A stretch of 61,610 nucleotides of DNA, filler included, from Sphacelaria rigidula (Eukaryota): assembly GCA_964200075.2 (NCBI GenBank). It is 6 parts of 6 records of this genome, joined end to end, with 100 filler letters (N's around TTAATTAATTAA, not from the genome) between each part and the next. Parts side by side here need not be neighbours in the genome. Positions count along the whole stretch, not along the records: positions 30,859 to 41,043 come from CAXNAA020006974.1; positions 41,144 to 51,327 come from CAXNAA020006975.1; 4 more parts are not named here. The stretch is one strand, 5' to 3'. Below are positions 34,970 to 46,512 of the stretch, piece by piece. Position 1 is the stretch's first letter; every line of letters begins with the position of its first letter. The translations under genes and the position numbers were made by a program. Below the pieces are notes generated by a model. That model saw only the letters and a program-made list of their open reading frames with translations. It made no database searches and was not told the DNA's origin.

Positions 34970-36609
34970 CAGGCTGGTTCACGGAAAAACAAAACAAATT
35001 CTGTCATCAGCGAATGCCTTCTGCAATACGCACCCAATAGTCGCATACATGGTATCATACTGACCGCAATGAACAGGCGAAGAGGGTGACATGGCCGGAT
35101 TTTCTTCAAGGCTTTGGCGGTGGCGCTACGGACCAAAACGTTTCTCGACCAATCAGCGCCTTTCAAACTGTTCCGAAATTGAACATTCGAATTCCAAGCC
35201 AAATTTCCGCCGAATCTCCACATGCTTCAAATCGTAGCGACCGTCATCACCTCAAGAATCTAACGGGAGAATAGGATTTGAAAACGGTTCCAACGGGGTC
35301 GAATTATACCCGAAACCGTAATGTTCCGGTGATGTGGAGTTGGGCGTCGTCTAATTTCCACCCATGATGCGCTGGAAAGACCCAGGGAGTCTCGTGACGA
35401 TTTCCCTTATATCTGTTGTAGAAAAGCTCAGATCATCCTCAAACTTGGCAGTTCCGTAGGTACCGATGCTTCACATAGAAAAATTGTGTTCTTGGCAAGG
35501 GTTCAAAGCTTCTCCGCTCTCTACCGGCTTCCGGGCGTCCCAGTACAAAGACCCCCGAAAGGCGGTACATAATGACTCAAAAGAGAAAATAATAACATGA
35601 TGCGTCCCAGGATGGTCCAAGGAACACATGTACAACTTTTGGTGGAGAAACTCGAAAATCTCATACAATTTTTCCTGCCTTGACGAAAAATTCACCCTGA
35701 AAGACGTTTTATATTCAAACCAAGTAGTTAGGAGTTTGCACGTTTAAGCTCACATCCTCGCACAAACGCGCAAATCTTCACGCGTTTATTACAAGTTAGA
35801 CCCTGTAACTTTGCACAAATGTGCTACGAATCATGATGATAGTTTCGATCAACGAGGTTTTTCTAATTCTTGAATTTTTTACCGTTTTTCGGGGGTCCGA
35901 CGGGATTCAAGATTGTTTTTTCGACGTAATCCATTCTGGGACCCCAGAAAACCGGCACTACAGTATATTTTCAATTTTTTTCACGAACGCTCTGCCGCTG
36001 CAAAACCCAAGGAAGAACCCCCCAAAGTTTCGTGGTCAACCTCGATTAACTGGTGCTTGAATTTTCATGTTCACGTCGAAAAAGGCCCAAAAACGCCATT
36101 TTCATACTAAAATCTAGTGGTTTGCCGTTTTACCGTGGCACGGCAAGGTTCATCGCACAAACGTGAAAAGCTTCACGCCGTTTGAAGGACTTAGACTCGA
36201 AATTTTGCACGGGTGTTCCATCGGGTGTTCTATGGGTCATTACACCACTTTGTATGGACGGGGTTACTTAATATTTCCTTTGTTGCCGTTGTACGGGGGT
36301 CGGACTGGATCAAAGTTTTCCCAAAAAACCGGGACCCCGGAAAAACGGCGAAAAAAGGAAAACAGTATAGTAAAACCTCATCCATACAAAGTTACGTAAT
36401 GACCCATAGAACACCTGTGCAAATTTTCAGGGTCCAACTCCTTAACCCTTAGATCGCGAGGTTAGTCTTCTGTTGAATCGGCATCAATTTCGAGTGAAAA
36501 AAAGTATGCATGATCCAGAAAGACTAATCTCGCGGTCTAAGGGTTGAAACGGCGTGAAGTTTTGCCGATGAGTGTGTGCGTGTGTTTTTTTTTCCCGTGA
36601 ACCAGCTTG
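34970..36609. mobile_element. Non-autonomous Tc1/mariner-type element (TA TSD, ~20-bp TIR)
   Basis: TA|CAGGCTGGTTCACGGAAAAA ... TTTTTCCCGTGAACCAGCTTG|TA. Confidence 0.78.
36446..36543. mobile_element. 98-bp piggyBac-like MITE nested in the previous element
   Basis: TTAA|CCCTTAGATCGCGAGGTTAGTCTTCTG ... CAGAAAGACTAATCTCGCGGTCTAAGGG|TTGA. Confidence 0.75.
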
Positions 36610-36804
36610 TACGTGTCCGAGTGAACGGACCGGCGTACTAATGTACCATGGCGTCAGAATTTATACGAACATTTCAGCTAGTGTGATGGCGAAAACAGCA
36701 GAGACATTTTTCCACGATGGCCGCACCCAGGTTGCGTTTGGGCGCGTGGGACTGCAGCCTCGGGAAGATCTGATATGGAGCAAGGGTTTTTTTGTCGTAC
36801 ACTT

Positions 36805-37167
36805 GCCTGTTGCCCCGGCGGCTCAGTTGGTAACCTCGAAACTTGCAGACGGTTGAGTCGTGGGTTCAAATCTCGGAGCGATCTGGGATTTTTTTCTCAC
36901 ACCATGCCCAACAGCGGAGAGCGACTATATCGTGGGTACCCACAATTCGACTTAACGGTCGACGAGGGACAGGGGGTACTGAACCCCTCTCGCAATAAAA
37001 AATAAAGGCAAGCACCGCAGAAGGAAGGTGGAGTATTAAAGCAAACAAAAAGGAAAAAGCCCTCTGTTGACGTTCCTCCTGTGCGACGCCGGCTGGTGCT
37101 CCCACATATACCGAAGGGTGTGGACCGGCGTTCAGAATAGATGGGACGACAACACACACAAAACACA
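36805..37167 (+). mobile_element. tRNA-derived SINE, full length
   Basis: A box CGGCTCAGTTGG, B box GGTTCAAATCTC. Body shared with 6150-6476 and 9143-9491, with a (CA)-rich tail. Confidence 0.85.
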
Positions 37168-37197
37168 TAGCCTCGGAGGGTGTAGGCTAAGGGTATA

Positions 37198-37737
37198 CAT
37201 CCTCTGTCCCATAAGTAAAGGTACCTACATTTGTACAGTCCCTTAACGATGCCCGATCGTTTTTTTTTTTCATGAACTCTACGGTGTTTTTTGGGTTAGG
37301 AAAATGTGTTTAAAATTTGCAGCTCGTGCTTGAACCATACCGCCGAACGGCTGCAAAAAAAGTAGTCGCCCCAAGATTGGCGGTTTTTGGCCCCTTTCCG
37401 AGGGGAAAAAGAGTGTCGATTTTTTGTTTTGAATTTTTTCTAATCGCGTGGGATTTCCTGGCGGTAAGCCCCAATGAAGGCAGGGGCGATTTTATAAAGA
37501 AACAAATGAAATAAAATCGACACTTTTCCCCTGGCAAAGGGGCAAAAAACAGCCATTTTTGGGCCGACTACTTTTTTTGCAGCCATTCGGCGGCATGGTT
37601 CAAGCACGAACTTGACATTTTAAACACATTTTCCTAACCCAAAAAACATCGTAGAGTTCATTAAAAAAGAAAAAAAGATCGGACATCGTTAAGGGCCCAT
37701 ACAAATTTAGGTACCTTTACTCATGGGACAGAGGAAG
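37198..37737. mobile_element. 540-bp Stowaway-like (mariner-type) MITE with ~230-bp inverted arms
   Basis: TA|CATCCTCTGTCCCATAAGTAAAGGTACCTA ... TAGGTACCTTTACTCATGGGACAGAGGAAG|TA. Confidence 0.9.
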
Positions 37738-38224
37738 TATATCAGTTTTGCGATTCTGCAAACCCAAGATCTACCAATCCGCGAACTGCATAAGTTGTGG
37801 TGCTTACCGATCACTTGTTGACTGACTCGGCAGCACCCGCTGACGACAGCAAGAACACCGTAGCTGTTCTGCTGGACGAGATCGCTCCACCAACCAATTA
37901 CCAATATTGCAGAGAACATGGTACTGAAGGCGTCTTTACGTATTCACGAGTTGTTCATAAAGCCCCTTGGATATACGTGTCAAGATTGCACGGAGAAGCC
38001 GTTCATAATCGCTGTCCCGCTCACATAATCCCCCGACACAAACACCGTATGGAACACAGACAGTGCAGTACAGTACAACACGATAGAGGAGTTTATCTCA
38101 CTCCATTGCACGTGTCTTGCCAACACTAAAGTGAGCCCATGATCACTGCCTCCTCTGAGAGAGGGGGCTGCGCCAACCAGCATGACCCACGTGTGACTAT
38201 TTTAACATATGCCCGGGTACGCAG

Positions 38225-38362
38225 CTCCACATGACGATGCATCGCGTCGAGATCCCGGCGGGAGCACTCGTGGGCTTCAAGGCGGCGCCTGGTGCCGACG
38301 GGCGGAAACTGCTGCTTGGAACGGCCGACGCGGACAAGGACTGGAGTGCCATCTACCCGCAG
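38225..38362 (+). CDS. Putative orphan exon, product unknown
   Basis: GCAG| acceptor and CAG|GTGATC donor, phase 0/0. Open GC3-rich frame LHMTMHRVEIPAGALVGFKAAPGADGRKLLLGTADADKDWSAIYPQ. Confidence 0.4.
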
Positions 38363-39189
38363 GTGATCAACGTGTATGCGGGGCATATTTCTCATTGGCA
38401 AATTCACGTGCTGCTGAATCCTTCTCAACCATTTAGAAGCCCTGGGGTTTTGTTCCGAAATTCTGTTGTGCTGAGCAGTCTCACGAGTTGTTGGATTGCA
38501 GTTTTTGTGGGCGTAGACAGAAGCCGGGAGAACATGGGCGCTCAGCGGAAATGATGCAAATATATAAATGTCTCGTCGTTCGTCGAGCGGCAGCATTTTG
38601 TCGTGGTTTGAGTGAGGCGACGGTACTTTTTCTGTCTTCTGTGTATCGTTCCGCTCTGAGTACTGTCGGGGTCAGTAGCATTCGGGCCATGGCTACCGCC
38701 GCCATATCTTTGTTACCGACCACTGTTGGTGTCGAAGCATTCAACGAAGGAGGCCCGAATTCTACGAGCTGGGCCGGCCAAGGCTCCGTCGCCTCCGTTC
38801 GCAGGCCATGCGCGGCGCAATTTTCGAGTTTGGAGGTGAACAATTGACAGCAGAGGAAACAATATATACAGCCCACCATTTTCCCTATCTCAGCCAAGAT
38901 TTTGTTTTACCCAGCGCCTGGCGATGCAGCATTTTGGACTTTCTTCAGCTCCCTTGAAGTGATTGAAAAACCTTTGCTGATGCCGGAGAGAGGGTAGTCC
39001 TGTACTGGTATGTTGTTTCTCTGCTTCATCCCGAAATTCAAGGTCATGCACCGCGCGTAGTCGTTTTCGCGTAATCATACCAGCCGAGTGACCCGGTGGT
39101 TTAGAGCACAAACTGTCATAATTAGGGTGGAGAGAGCGTGTGTTCAATTCCAGCCGGATGCGTTTTTAATTCGAAAATAGCATTCTACC

Positions 39190-40040
39190 GTCAAGAGAGA
39201 TGGATTGATCCCTTGAGACCACGGAATCTTGCCTGGGGAGGGGGAGGGGCTTGGGGTGTGACAAAAAAAAGAGTCGTGTACCGATAGAGTGTGAGAAGAA
39301 AAAAATATGGTCGTGTGCCGATAATGTACTAGGTCAAGTACAGCGTGCGCCAAAATATTCGCCAGGAGAAATGTGCCCGCGATTCTGCCACGTATGACAT
39401 TTTTGATGGCACGATGAAACAAATATCTTGACGTCTGTGCAGTGTCAGCTTATCTACTGGGTAGGCGATATCCGCGTGCACGAGTCTCACGTCCCCACGA
39501 GGTGCGTTGTACTTTGTGCGCTACACGTGGCACCACCTTGAACGCCAGGCTTTTTTTCGGAACAATATTATTATGGGACCTTTCTGGTGCCGAAGCCAGC
39601 GCAACATACTTGCGTGAGCTGAAAACAAATATGCTGCACTGTCCAGGGTAATGCCGGCGATTTTTCCACGTACGGTAACTTTGATGGGACGATGGAGTGC
39701 CCACGATAACATTGTTCCGAAAGGAAGGGTGGCAGCCAAGGGGATGCGACGTGCAGTACACGAAGTGCAACGCACCTGGTGGGAGTGTGGGACATCTGCA
39801 TGCGAATGCCGCCGACCCAGTTGGTAACCTCTCGCTGCGCAGACGTCAAAATATTTCATCGTCCCACCTCTGCTATCGTACGTGGCGGAATCGCCGGCAC
39901 TTTCTCCCTGACACATATTCGGGCGCGTGCGGTACTTAACCTGGTTTATTATCGTCACATATTTTTTGTGTCACACTCTAAAACCCTTCCCTTCCTCGGG
40001 GCGAGTCCGTCGTCTCAAGGGAATAATCCACCTGCCTTCA
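39190..40040. mobile_element. Degenerate foldback element
   Basis: 39190-39445 is inverted to 39835-40040 (CCCTTGAGAC / GTCTCAAGGG; TTGACGTCTG / CAGACGTCAA). Inner segments 39490-39570 and 39705-39795 are also inverted. Confidence 0.7.
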
Positions 40041-40784
40041 CGTTCTCACGCTTTCGACGATGGAAATCTTATACTCAGTATTTTGAAGGAAACAAAAAAA
40101 CACGTGGCGGGTGATCAAACCCACACCCTCGCCACCGGAATGCAGTCTGATCATTAGACCGCGGTTCCGCCCCGTACTTAACCCAGTATATTCTCGGCGC
40201 ATGACCCTTCCCTTTGTATGAACACCCTTGAATACAACAAGAGGTGTCTGAGCACAGGCATGGCGATCTCCCGATCACAGGGATATGTTCACTTGGCGAC
40301 ATCGCCGCGGTTCTTGATATATGTTTGGTGAAAGGTGTTTCTGCTTTAGGCCAGTCCAGCTCGTATCGCGTCGCAGTTGCTGGCAGCAGTGGTTTGTGCC
40401 GGGGGGGCATGCTCACCGCTGCAGTTCCATGCGCGTTGCTCGTTTGTGTACAACTTTTTCCAGTCGTGCTTAGTTGCCTGTGGGTGACTGAGGAAGTTTT
40501 CCCGCGAACCTCAGGCACAAAATCTTAACACAACCCAACCACGCCCGCACGCGCCGCCTTCATCACATGCACCCCGCACCAAATGAATACGCTACGCCGT
40601 AAAGCTGTTGGATAAAGGCTATATCGATCGCATGCATGTACTACCATCATATGCGGGACAGCTAATACTGTACTGAGAAGGCCAAGCGGTGCTGCTCGCT
40701 GCTGATGCACGAATATCTATGATGCGTGGCATATGCATCGCAATAGTCTTTCTCAACTGGCATCCCTTCACCAAAAACAACTCC

Positions 40785-41043
40785 CACCCCCCCCCCCCCC
40801 CAGTGGTCAATGGTCAAACGACTAAGGCAAGCACGAATGAGTACGCCCCCCCCCCATTCTCCTCCTCCCCTCGGCTCCGTCTCGAAAGGAATGCGAGGTC
40901 AATGGTCAAACAACTAGGGCAAGCAACAAATGAGTATGCCTCCCCTCCCCCCCCCAGGGGACCAGTGAAATTGAGAGCAGAGTTGGGAATGTACTCACTA
41001 AAAACAAACAGGGACATGAGGAAATTGCGATGGCAGTATAGCG
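40785..41043 (+). mobile_element. Head-to-tail stack of LINE family 1 fragments separated by C-rich tracts
   Basis: C run, ~45-nt 3' end, C run, ~70-nt 3' end, C run, then the start of a third, longer copy (GAGAGCAGAGTTGGGAATGTACTCAC, cf. 24727). Confidence 0.82.
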
Positions 41044-41199
41044 NNNNNNNNNNNNNNNNNNNNNNNNNNNNNNNNNNNNNNNNNNNNTTAATTAATTAAN
41101 NNNNNNNNNNNNNNNNNNNNNNNNNNNNNNNNNNNNNNNNNNNTGGCAGGTCGTCTGACACACTTATGAGCCTCTTTTTTCGTGCAACCAAATACCCCC

Positions 41200-42183
41200 C
41201 CCTCCCTATCGTAGGATGACTCAAGGACGGGTGCCTCAGTCATCATTTTTTTCATTTTCTCGAAGGCTTCATCATGTTCAGTATTCCAGAGTTTCGACAC
41301 TTGTTTTGCCGCCCCTTTTTTTCGTGAAATCTACCAGTGGTGCTATGGTTGTAGCCAAGTCTGGTATGAATTTCCGTCCGAAATTTATTGTACCGAGTAC
41401 GGATCTCAACTCTTTGATATTTGTGGGTTTCGGCAAGTCGAGGATTGCTTTTATTCTTTCATCACTCACTCTGATGCCATCTGCGGACAGTACATGACCC
41501 AAATATTTGACATGCTTTGGACCAAATTGGATTTTTGTCGGCTTTAGTGTAAGGCCTGCTGTTTGCAGTGCTTGGGACGTGCTTTCGAGTAGGGTGAGAT
41601 GACTCTTCCAGCTTGATGAACAACAAATTATGTTATCCATATATACTAGTAAGCCACTCTTAGGTCCGAAGTGTGCAAATGCTAGGGCCATTATGCGTGA
41701 GAAGATAAAGGGTGAACAAGATAAACCAAATGGTAACCGGTTGAACACCCATTTCCCTCTCTGAGTTACAAACGCTGTTTTCTCTTTTTCGCTTTCCGCT
41801 ACTGGTATCTGGTGGAACGCACTTTGTACATCGCAAACTGTTATCAATTTTGCCTCCGCTACTGTATCTATGTGACTTTCGATAGCTGGCATGGGCCATG
41901 ATTTGCGAATCAAGTTTTTATTTTTTGCTGCTCGATAATCTACGCAAAATCGTGCTGTTCCATCTGCTTTTGCGACTATTGTAACCGCTGATCCCCACGG
42001 GCTTCGGCGTTGTTCGACTATACCATCTTTTCCCATTTGGTCGACGCATTTGTCGATTGCGTCTTGCACTTTGGGGTTTGTTCTATATGGTGCTCGGTCT
42101 ACCGGCTGAGTCTCAGGTTTGAGCGGAAAACATGCTTCATCTAACGTACAACAGCCCAACTCCTGCGGATTAGGTGAAAACAC
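41200..42183 (-). pseudogene. pol: gypsy reverse transcriptase and start of the connection domain
   Basis: Classic gypsy RT motifs, but catalytic YxDD reads YMDN. Frameshift near 41310, then W..EH.EAFEKMK. Confidence 0.92.
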
Positions 42184-43445
42184 AGAACGGTATTTTGCGC
42201 AAAGATCCAGTATTTGTGAGCATTGTTCCGGGGGAAAAGTCGTACTTCGAAAGCTTTGCGTAAAGCCGGACGTAATTCCTCTTTCACATTTTTTCTCTCT
42301 GACACCTCATTTCCCGCCGTTGCACTGTCTGTAGCTGGTTTTGTTTCTCGTACTGGGGTGATATAGCCTAAAATCGTATTACGTTTCAGGTTCACATGTC
42401 GATTCGACGGATTCGCGATTTGTACCATTGCCGTCTTATTTGTTGCCGACCATGTGCACACCGTCCTTGCAACGATGATGCCCGTGAACGCTTGGGGTAC
42501 ATCGGTTGATCGAATGTCTTCTTCGGTTATAATGCGTGGCTCTACGACGGCTGCTGTTGTTCTTGACGGGGTATTTTCCGTTTCAACTAATAGGGCCATC
42601 TCACTCTGCGGGGGCACGTTGCATTTCTTCGTGAGAAAAACTGGAACAGCGTTAGAACAGTTCACACTGACTACAGAACAATGTGTCGTTCCGGGGTGTG
42701 TTGTATTTTGTGAACGTCGTTGTTTTCGATGCGATGCTTTGACTTGTACACTGGAGTCGCGGAATGTTAGCTCTTCCGCTTGCCAGTCGAGTATAGCTTG
42801 GAAAGCACTCATAACGGAATTGTCCAGTAAACGGCAATCCGGTCCTAGGTTAGGTAATACGAACGCTTCTACTGGTAGGGTTTTTATCCCTAACGTAAGT
42901 TCAAAACGTATGAAACCTAGAATTTTCATGGGTGAGCCGTCCGCACTCCTGAGGTCTATCGAATCTGGCGGTACTGGTTTTATATCAGCTGCCATTATGG
43001 CCGGGTGTTCATCGACGAACGCTTTGCTGATACAGGGCACGTCTGCTGCGGGATCGATTGTGATTTTTTTAGCGGGAGTGCCGTTTACTCTGGCTGTGAC
43101 TCTCACACGGGCTGATGCACAGGACAGTGCTAAAGGTGCAACTGTATATCTGGCAAGCGAAGATGCGTTGTAAGAGCCATAACAATAATCATTTAGGATC
43201 GGGTTTGAAAACGAAGATTGGTGTTTCAATTTTTTATTTTTCTGCAATGAGTTACTCACAAAAGCCGCCTGCGGAGCTAAAAATATACGTTGCGTCTGTT
43301 CTACGCATTCGCTATTTGTACTCTGCCCTCTGCTGCTATGCTCCTGCTCGTGCTCATCCCGCACATGGTTGACCTCTACCCAAGACCTCTTGCGCACTCT
43401 CCGTGGTTGGTCTGCCGTACTGTCAGAAAAATGAAACTCTCCCAC
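42141..43445 (-). pseudogene. pol: gypsy aspartic protease region of pol
   Basis: RVNG...ITIDPAADVPCIS (degenerate D-S/T-G-A site), SADGSPMKILG and LLDNSVM. Confidence 0.8.
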
Positions 43446-43559
43446 CTTACGAGCCAGAGGGTTGACGATTTCGCGTCCTTCTGTTACCTCGATTTTCTAC
43501 GTAACGATTTACCGTTTCTGCCCTGATCAGACGAGGGGTCTTCTCTTGGGCGCCTTCAC

Positions 43560-45369
43560 GGGTTGTACTTTTTAGCAAACTCTACATGGCTTTGCATAAG
43601 GCGGCAATCCGCTGTCTCGTGTGTGTTTTTGTACCTGCATGGTGCGTACTCACAAGGGACCGAGTTTTTTTCATTTTACCGCTCAACTGCTTGTCGTTGG
43701 ATGTACCCTTATCGTTACTGTCTTTGAAGCGTAATTTTTTCAACTCTCTCCCTGATCTATTCGCGCTCCTGTCTCTGCTAGCAGACCGTTTCTCCACTCT
43801 CCCTCTCTCTCCTTTGATCGCTTTTAACTGCGACTGAAGATCCGTGAGGATTGCGCCATGATCGGCTGTCATTTCCGCTAGCTGTGGACGTGGGGAATTG
43901 ACAGTTGCGGCCGAGACATGGGGAGTGTCTCCCGTTTGGTTTGGCCATGTGCGAAGATTGTTTTGTTCGTGTTTTTTCGCTCGTGCTGTCGCAGTTTGGA
44001 AGTCGAGCGCACTATCTTCTCTCACCATTTCAACTCTGATATGGGGTTTGAGCCCGGTCTCAAATGCTGCTGTTCTGATCACGTCTATTATGAAGCGAAG
44101 GGTATCGTGGCCAGGGAATTTCACCCGCAAGGCTTCGGTCACGAATCTGTCCATCGAAATCGTACACTCCAGTGCATAGTCGTCTACGTTCTGATCTTCT
44201 TTCTGTTTTAGATCGGCTATCGCACGGGCTAACAGTGCTAGTTGGTTTGGTGGAGAGAAGCGATGAGTGTAGGCCGCTACCCATTCTGTCCATGTTTTCG
44301 GGGCGATGGGTGCGGTATCTTCTCCTCTCGATTTGAGGTCCTGCAGTACGGCCAGTGGACGCCACCCTACTTGTCCGCTCCCGAGAGGGGTGTATAGCTT
44401 TTCTGCTGACCCTCTGAGAATAAGTGGTAAGTGTTTCATGGCGTGCCGTTGTACTGTGGATTCTGTGCAATGGTCAGGGGCATGAAGCCTAACTCGATTG
44501 AGAAACGCATCAAGAACTGCTGGCACGTCCTCACTCCGTTTTCCTTCTAGGATTAACGTTGATGGAAGATCCGATTGTTTCATCGAATTTGTTTGAGTTC
44601 TCATGGTACTACTATGGCTTGTAGATGGCGGAGTCAGCACTGAACTAGACAGAGGCTCTATGTTGTGGCTGTTTTCTTGTACATTAGTGACGCTTGTTGG
44701 CGAATCTGACGTCAAAGTTCCTAAGATCTCTGCGGATTGGATCGGTGTAGTGTTAGGCAGTTCCACCTCGAAATTATCGACTGGATCATTGACACTATCC
44801 TGGGGTTTACTTGTATTGTTTAGTAGCATCGTACTGTTACTTATATGTTCTATTTCCGACGCTACTGGGTTGCTCGATTTCGATACCTGTGAAACTCCCT
44901 GTTCCTGCGGTACTGAAAACGCCAAAGCTTGCATCACCCACGGAGCTGGCTCCGTGCCCTCCTCGTCACTCCTCTCCAACACCCTATATATGAGCTCTGC
45001 TGCCATTTCTTTGACGGTGGGTTGTGGCGTAGGGGTTGGTGTAGAGGATGAGGATAAATTGGTGGGGTCGCGAAGCTCATCAAACCTACCGGTGGACACC
45101 CGACGGATATCGGTGCTCCGCTCACAGTCCTCGGAGTTGTCGCTGTCGCTTTCCCCCTCGTGGCTATACGGGGGTTGAGCGGGCATCGTTGTGTCGGCCG
45201 GCGCAGGTACTACTGACTGTGCTGCGCCTCTGGACTCTGCCGATTTCGCCGCCGAGGTGGAAGCTGATGGTGTGACGGCCGCGGTTTGATGTTGGAGGGT
45301 CTTCGCGGTGGCCCTTCCCTGAGTAGTTGTTCTGGTGGATTTTTTGTGGGCGGATTTCTTTCTCGGCAT
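43560..45369 (-). pseudogene. gag: gypsy gag with a frameshifted C-terminal zinc knuckle
   Basis: 595-aa ORF with TWTEW..F, LKQKEDQNVDDY and FETGLKPHIR (retrotransposon gag motifs). An alternative frame encodes CEYAPCRYKNTHETADC. Confidence 0.85.
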
Positions 45370-45415
45370 TATGAAAGACGTGGGCCCTGCTACTAGATGT
45401 CTTACTTGAGTTCTA

Positions 45416-45429
45416 ATCTGGTGTCGCCA
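45416..45429 (-). promoter_or_regulatory. Primer binding site (TGGCGACACCAGAT; tRNA-Arg-like, tentative)
   Basis: Starts 1 nt after the LTR's terminal CA on the minus strand and begins TGG, the complement of tRNA CCA. Confidence 0.75.
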
Positions 45430-45430
45430 G

Positions 45431-45794
45431 TGTAAGGAGGACGTATCACAGGGGGGACAGACTAAGGAAGAGGCTGTCCCAAGAGATATCGTTCTGATGC
45501 CGAAGGAACTCCGAAGCTAATGATGATATCCTCTTGTGAGATGTAGGCAAGAAGTGGGTCAGACACAGAGTGGTCGCTGGAGGCGACCGCGTTCCTCGGG
45601 GAATGTTGGACCGTCCTGAATATTAGGCTCTTCCTGGCATCACCCCGAGTTGTCTAGTTTCCTTGGCATTACAGGGTCCTCTCGGGGAATCTGGTCCTTC
45701 CGGAACGTTCCTACCTCGTCCCTGGTTGCACTGGGTCTGTATACATGTGTAACATCAGTCTCTGATATGTCATTGCAAAGGGATATCTCCCACA
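45431..45794 (-). repeat. 5' LTR, ~364 bp
   Basis: TGTAAGGAG ... CTCCCACA ends (TG...CA, imperfect inverted). Abuts the PBS on one side and an unrelated repeat on the other. Confidence 0.72.
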
Positions 45795-46512
45795 AATATG
45801 TGTTCAACCCCGCAGTACCAATATATATATATATACTGGGCGAGCAATATGTATGCAGTCTCACGACATCAATGTACATATATATATATATATTGGGCGC
45901 GCAATACGTGTGCAGTCCAAGGGTACCAATATATGTTACGCCGGCAATATATCGCAAAATTCCGATACGATCAGCTAATATTTAATAAAATATATATTGT
46001 ATTGTCCAGGGTGTGATAAATATATATCAAACGCATTTGACAACTCTCCGTAGTAATGCACACAAACTTCTGCGGCTCCCTTTGAAGCTTTTCCTAATCT
46101 GCACGGGCTCCGGCATTCATCGCGTCTGGATCTCTCTTAAAGCGTACACCGTACATACAACATCCAATATATATTGACCGGCCAATACATTGGCACCCAC
46201 GCAGACCCAATATATATTGACCAATCAATATGTTCTCATCAATGCGACCCTAATATATATTGGTCATGCAATATGCTGTCGCCCACGTTGCCCCAATATA
46301 CATTAATGGGACAATATGTGTTCAACCGAATAGTATCAATATATATATTGAGCGGGCAATATGTATGCAGTCCCACGACATCAATATATATTGGGCGCGC
46401 AATACATGTGCAGTCTAAGGGTACCAATATATATTACACCGGCAATATATCGCAAAATTCCAATATGATCGACTAATATATATTGGAAACATATTGTATT
46501 GTCCAGGGTGTG
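45795..46512. repeat. Two blocks of a 43-bp phased array built on the palindrome CAATATATATTG
   Basis: Unit starts at 46165, 46208, 46251, 46294, 46337, 46382 and 46425. 45795-46015 duplicates 46313-46512, and both blocks end ATATTGTATTGTCCAGGGTGTG. Confidence 0.88.

Larger units (their letters stand above)
41144..45794 (-). mobile_element. Decayed Ty3/gypsy LTR retrotransposon (5' LTR, PBS, gag, protease, RT; truncated by contig end)
   Basis: Order is LTR-PBS-gag-PR-RT. RT motifs SPWGS, RFCVDYR, AFHQIP, KTAF, LPFGL, YMDN, YLGH. Frameshifts separate the ORFs. Confidence 0.95.

Noticed and set aside
36805-36885. Functional tRNA gene
   Set aside because: No proper acceptor stem, and it continues into a repeated SINE body.
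43660-43675. Programmed -1 frameshift in gag
   Set aside because: In the gag frame the heptamers are G AAA AAA or A AAA ACT, not a canonical X XXY YYZ site. A homopolymer deletion in a dead element is simpler.
750-46512. Functional link between the NUFIP1 (box C/D assembly) gene and the arrays as a TIGR-like guide system
   Set aside because: They lie on different, unlinked contigs, the arrays lack clear box C/D motifs, and no Nop-domain effector is present.
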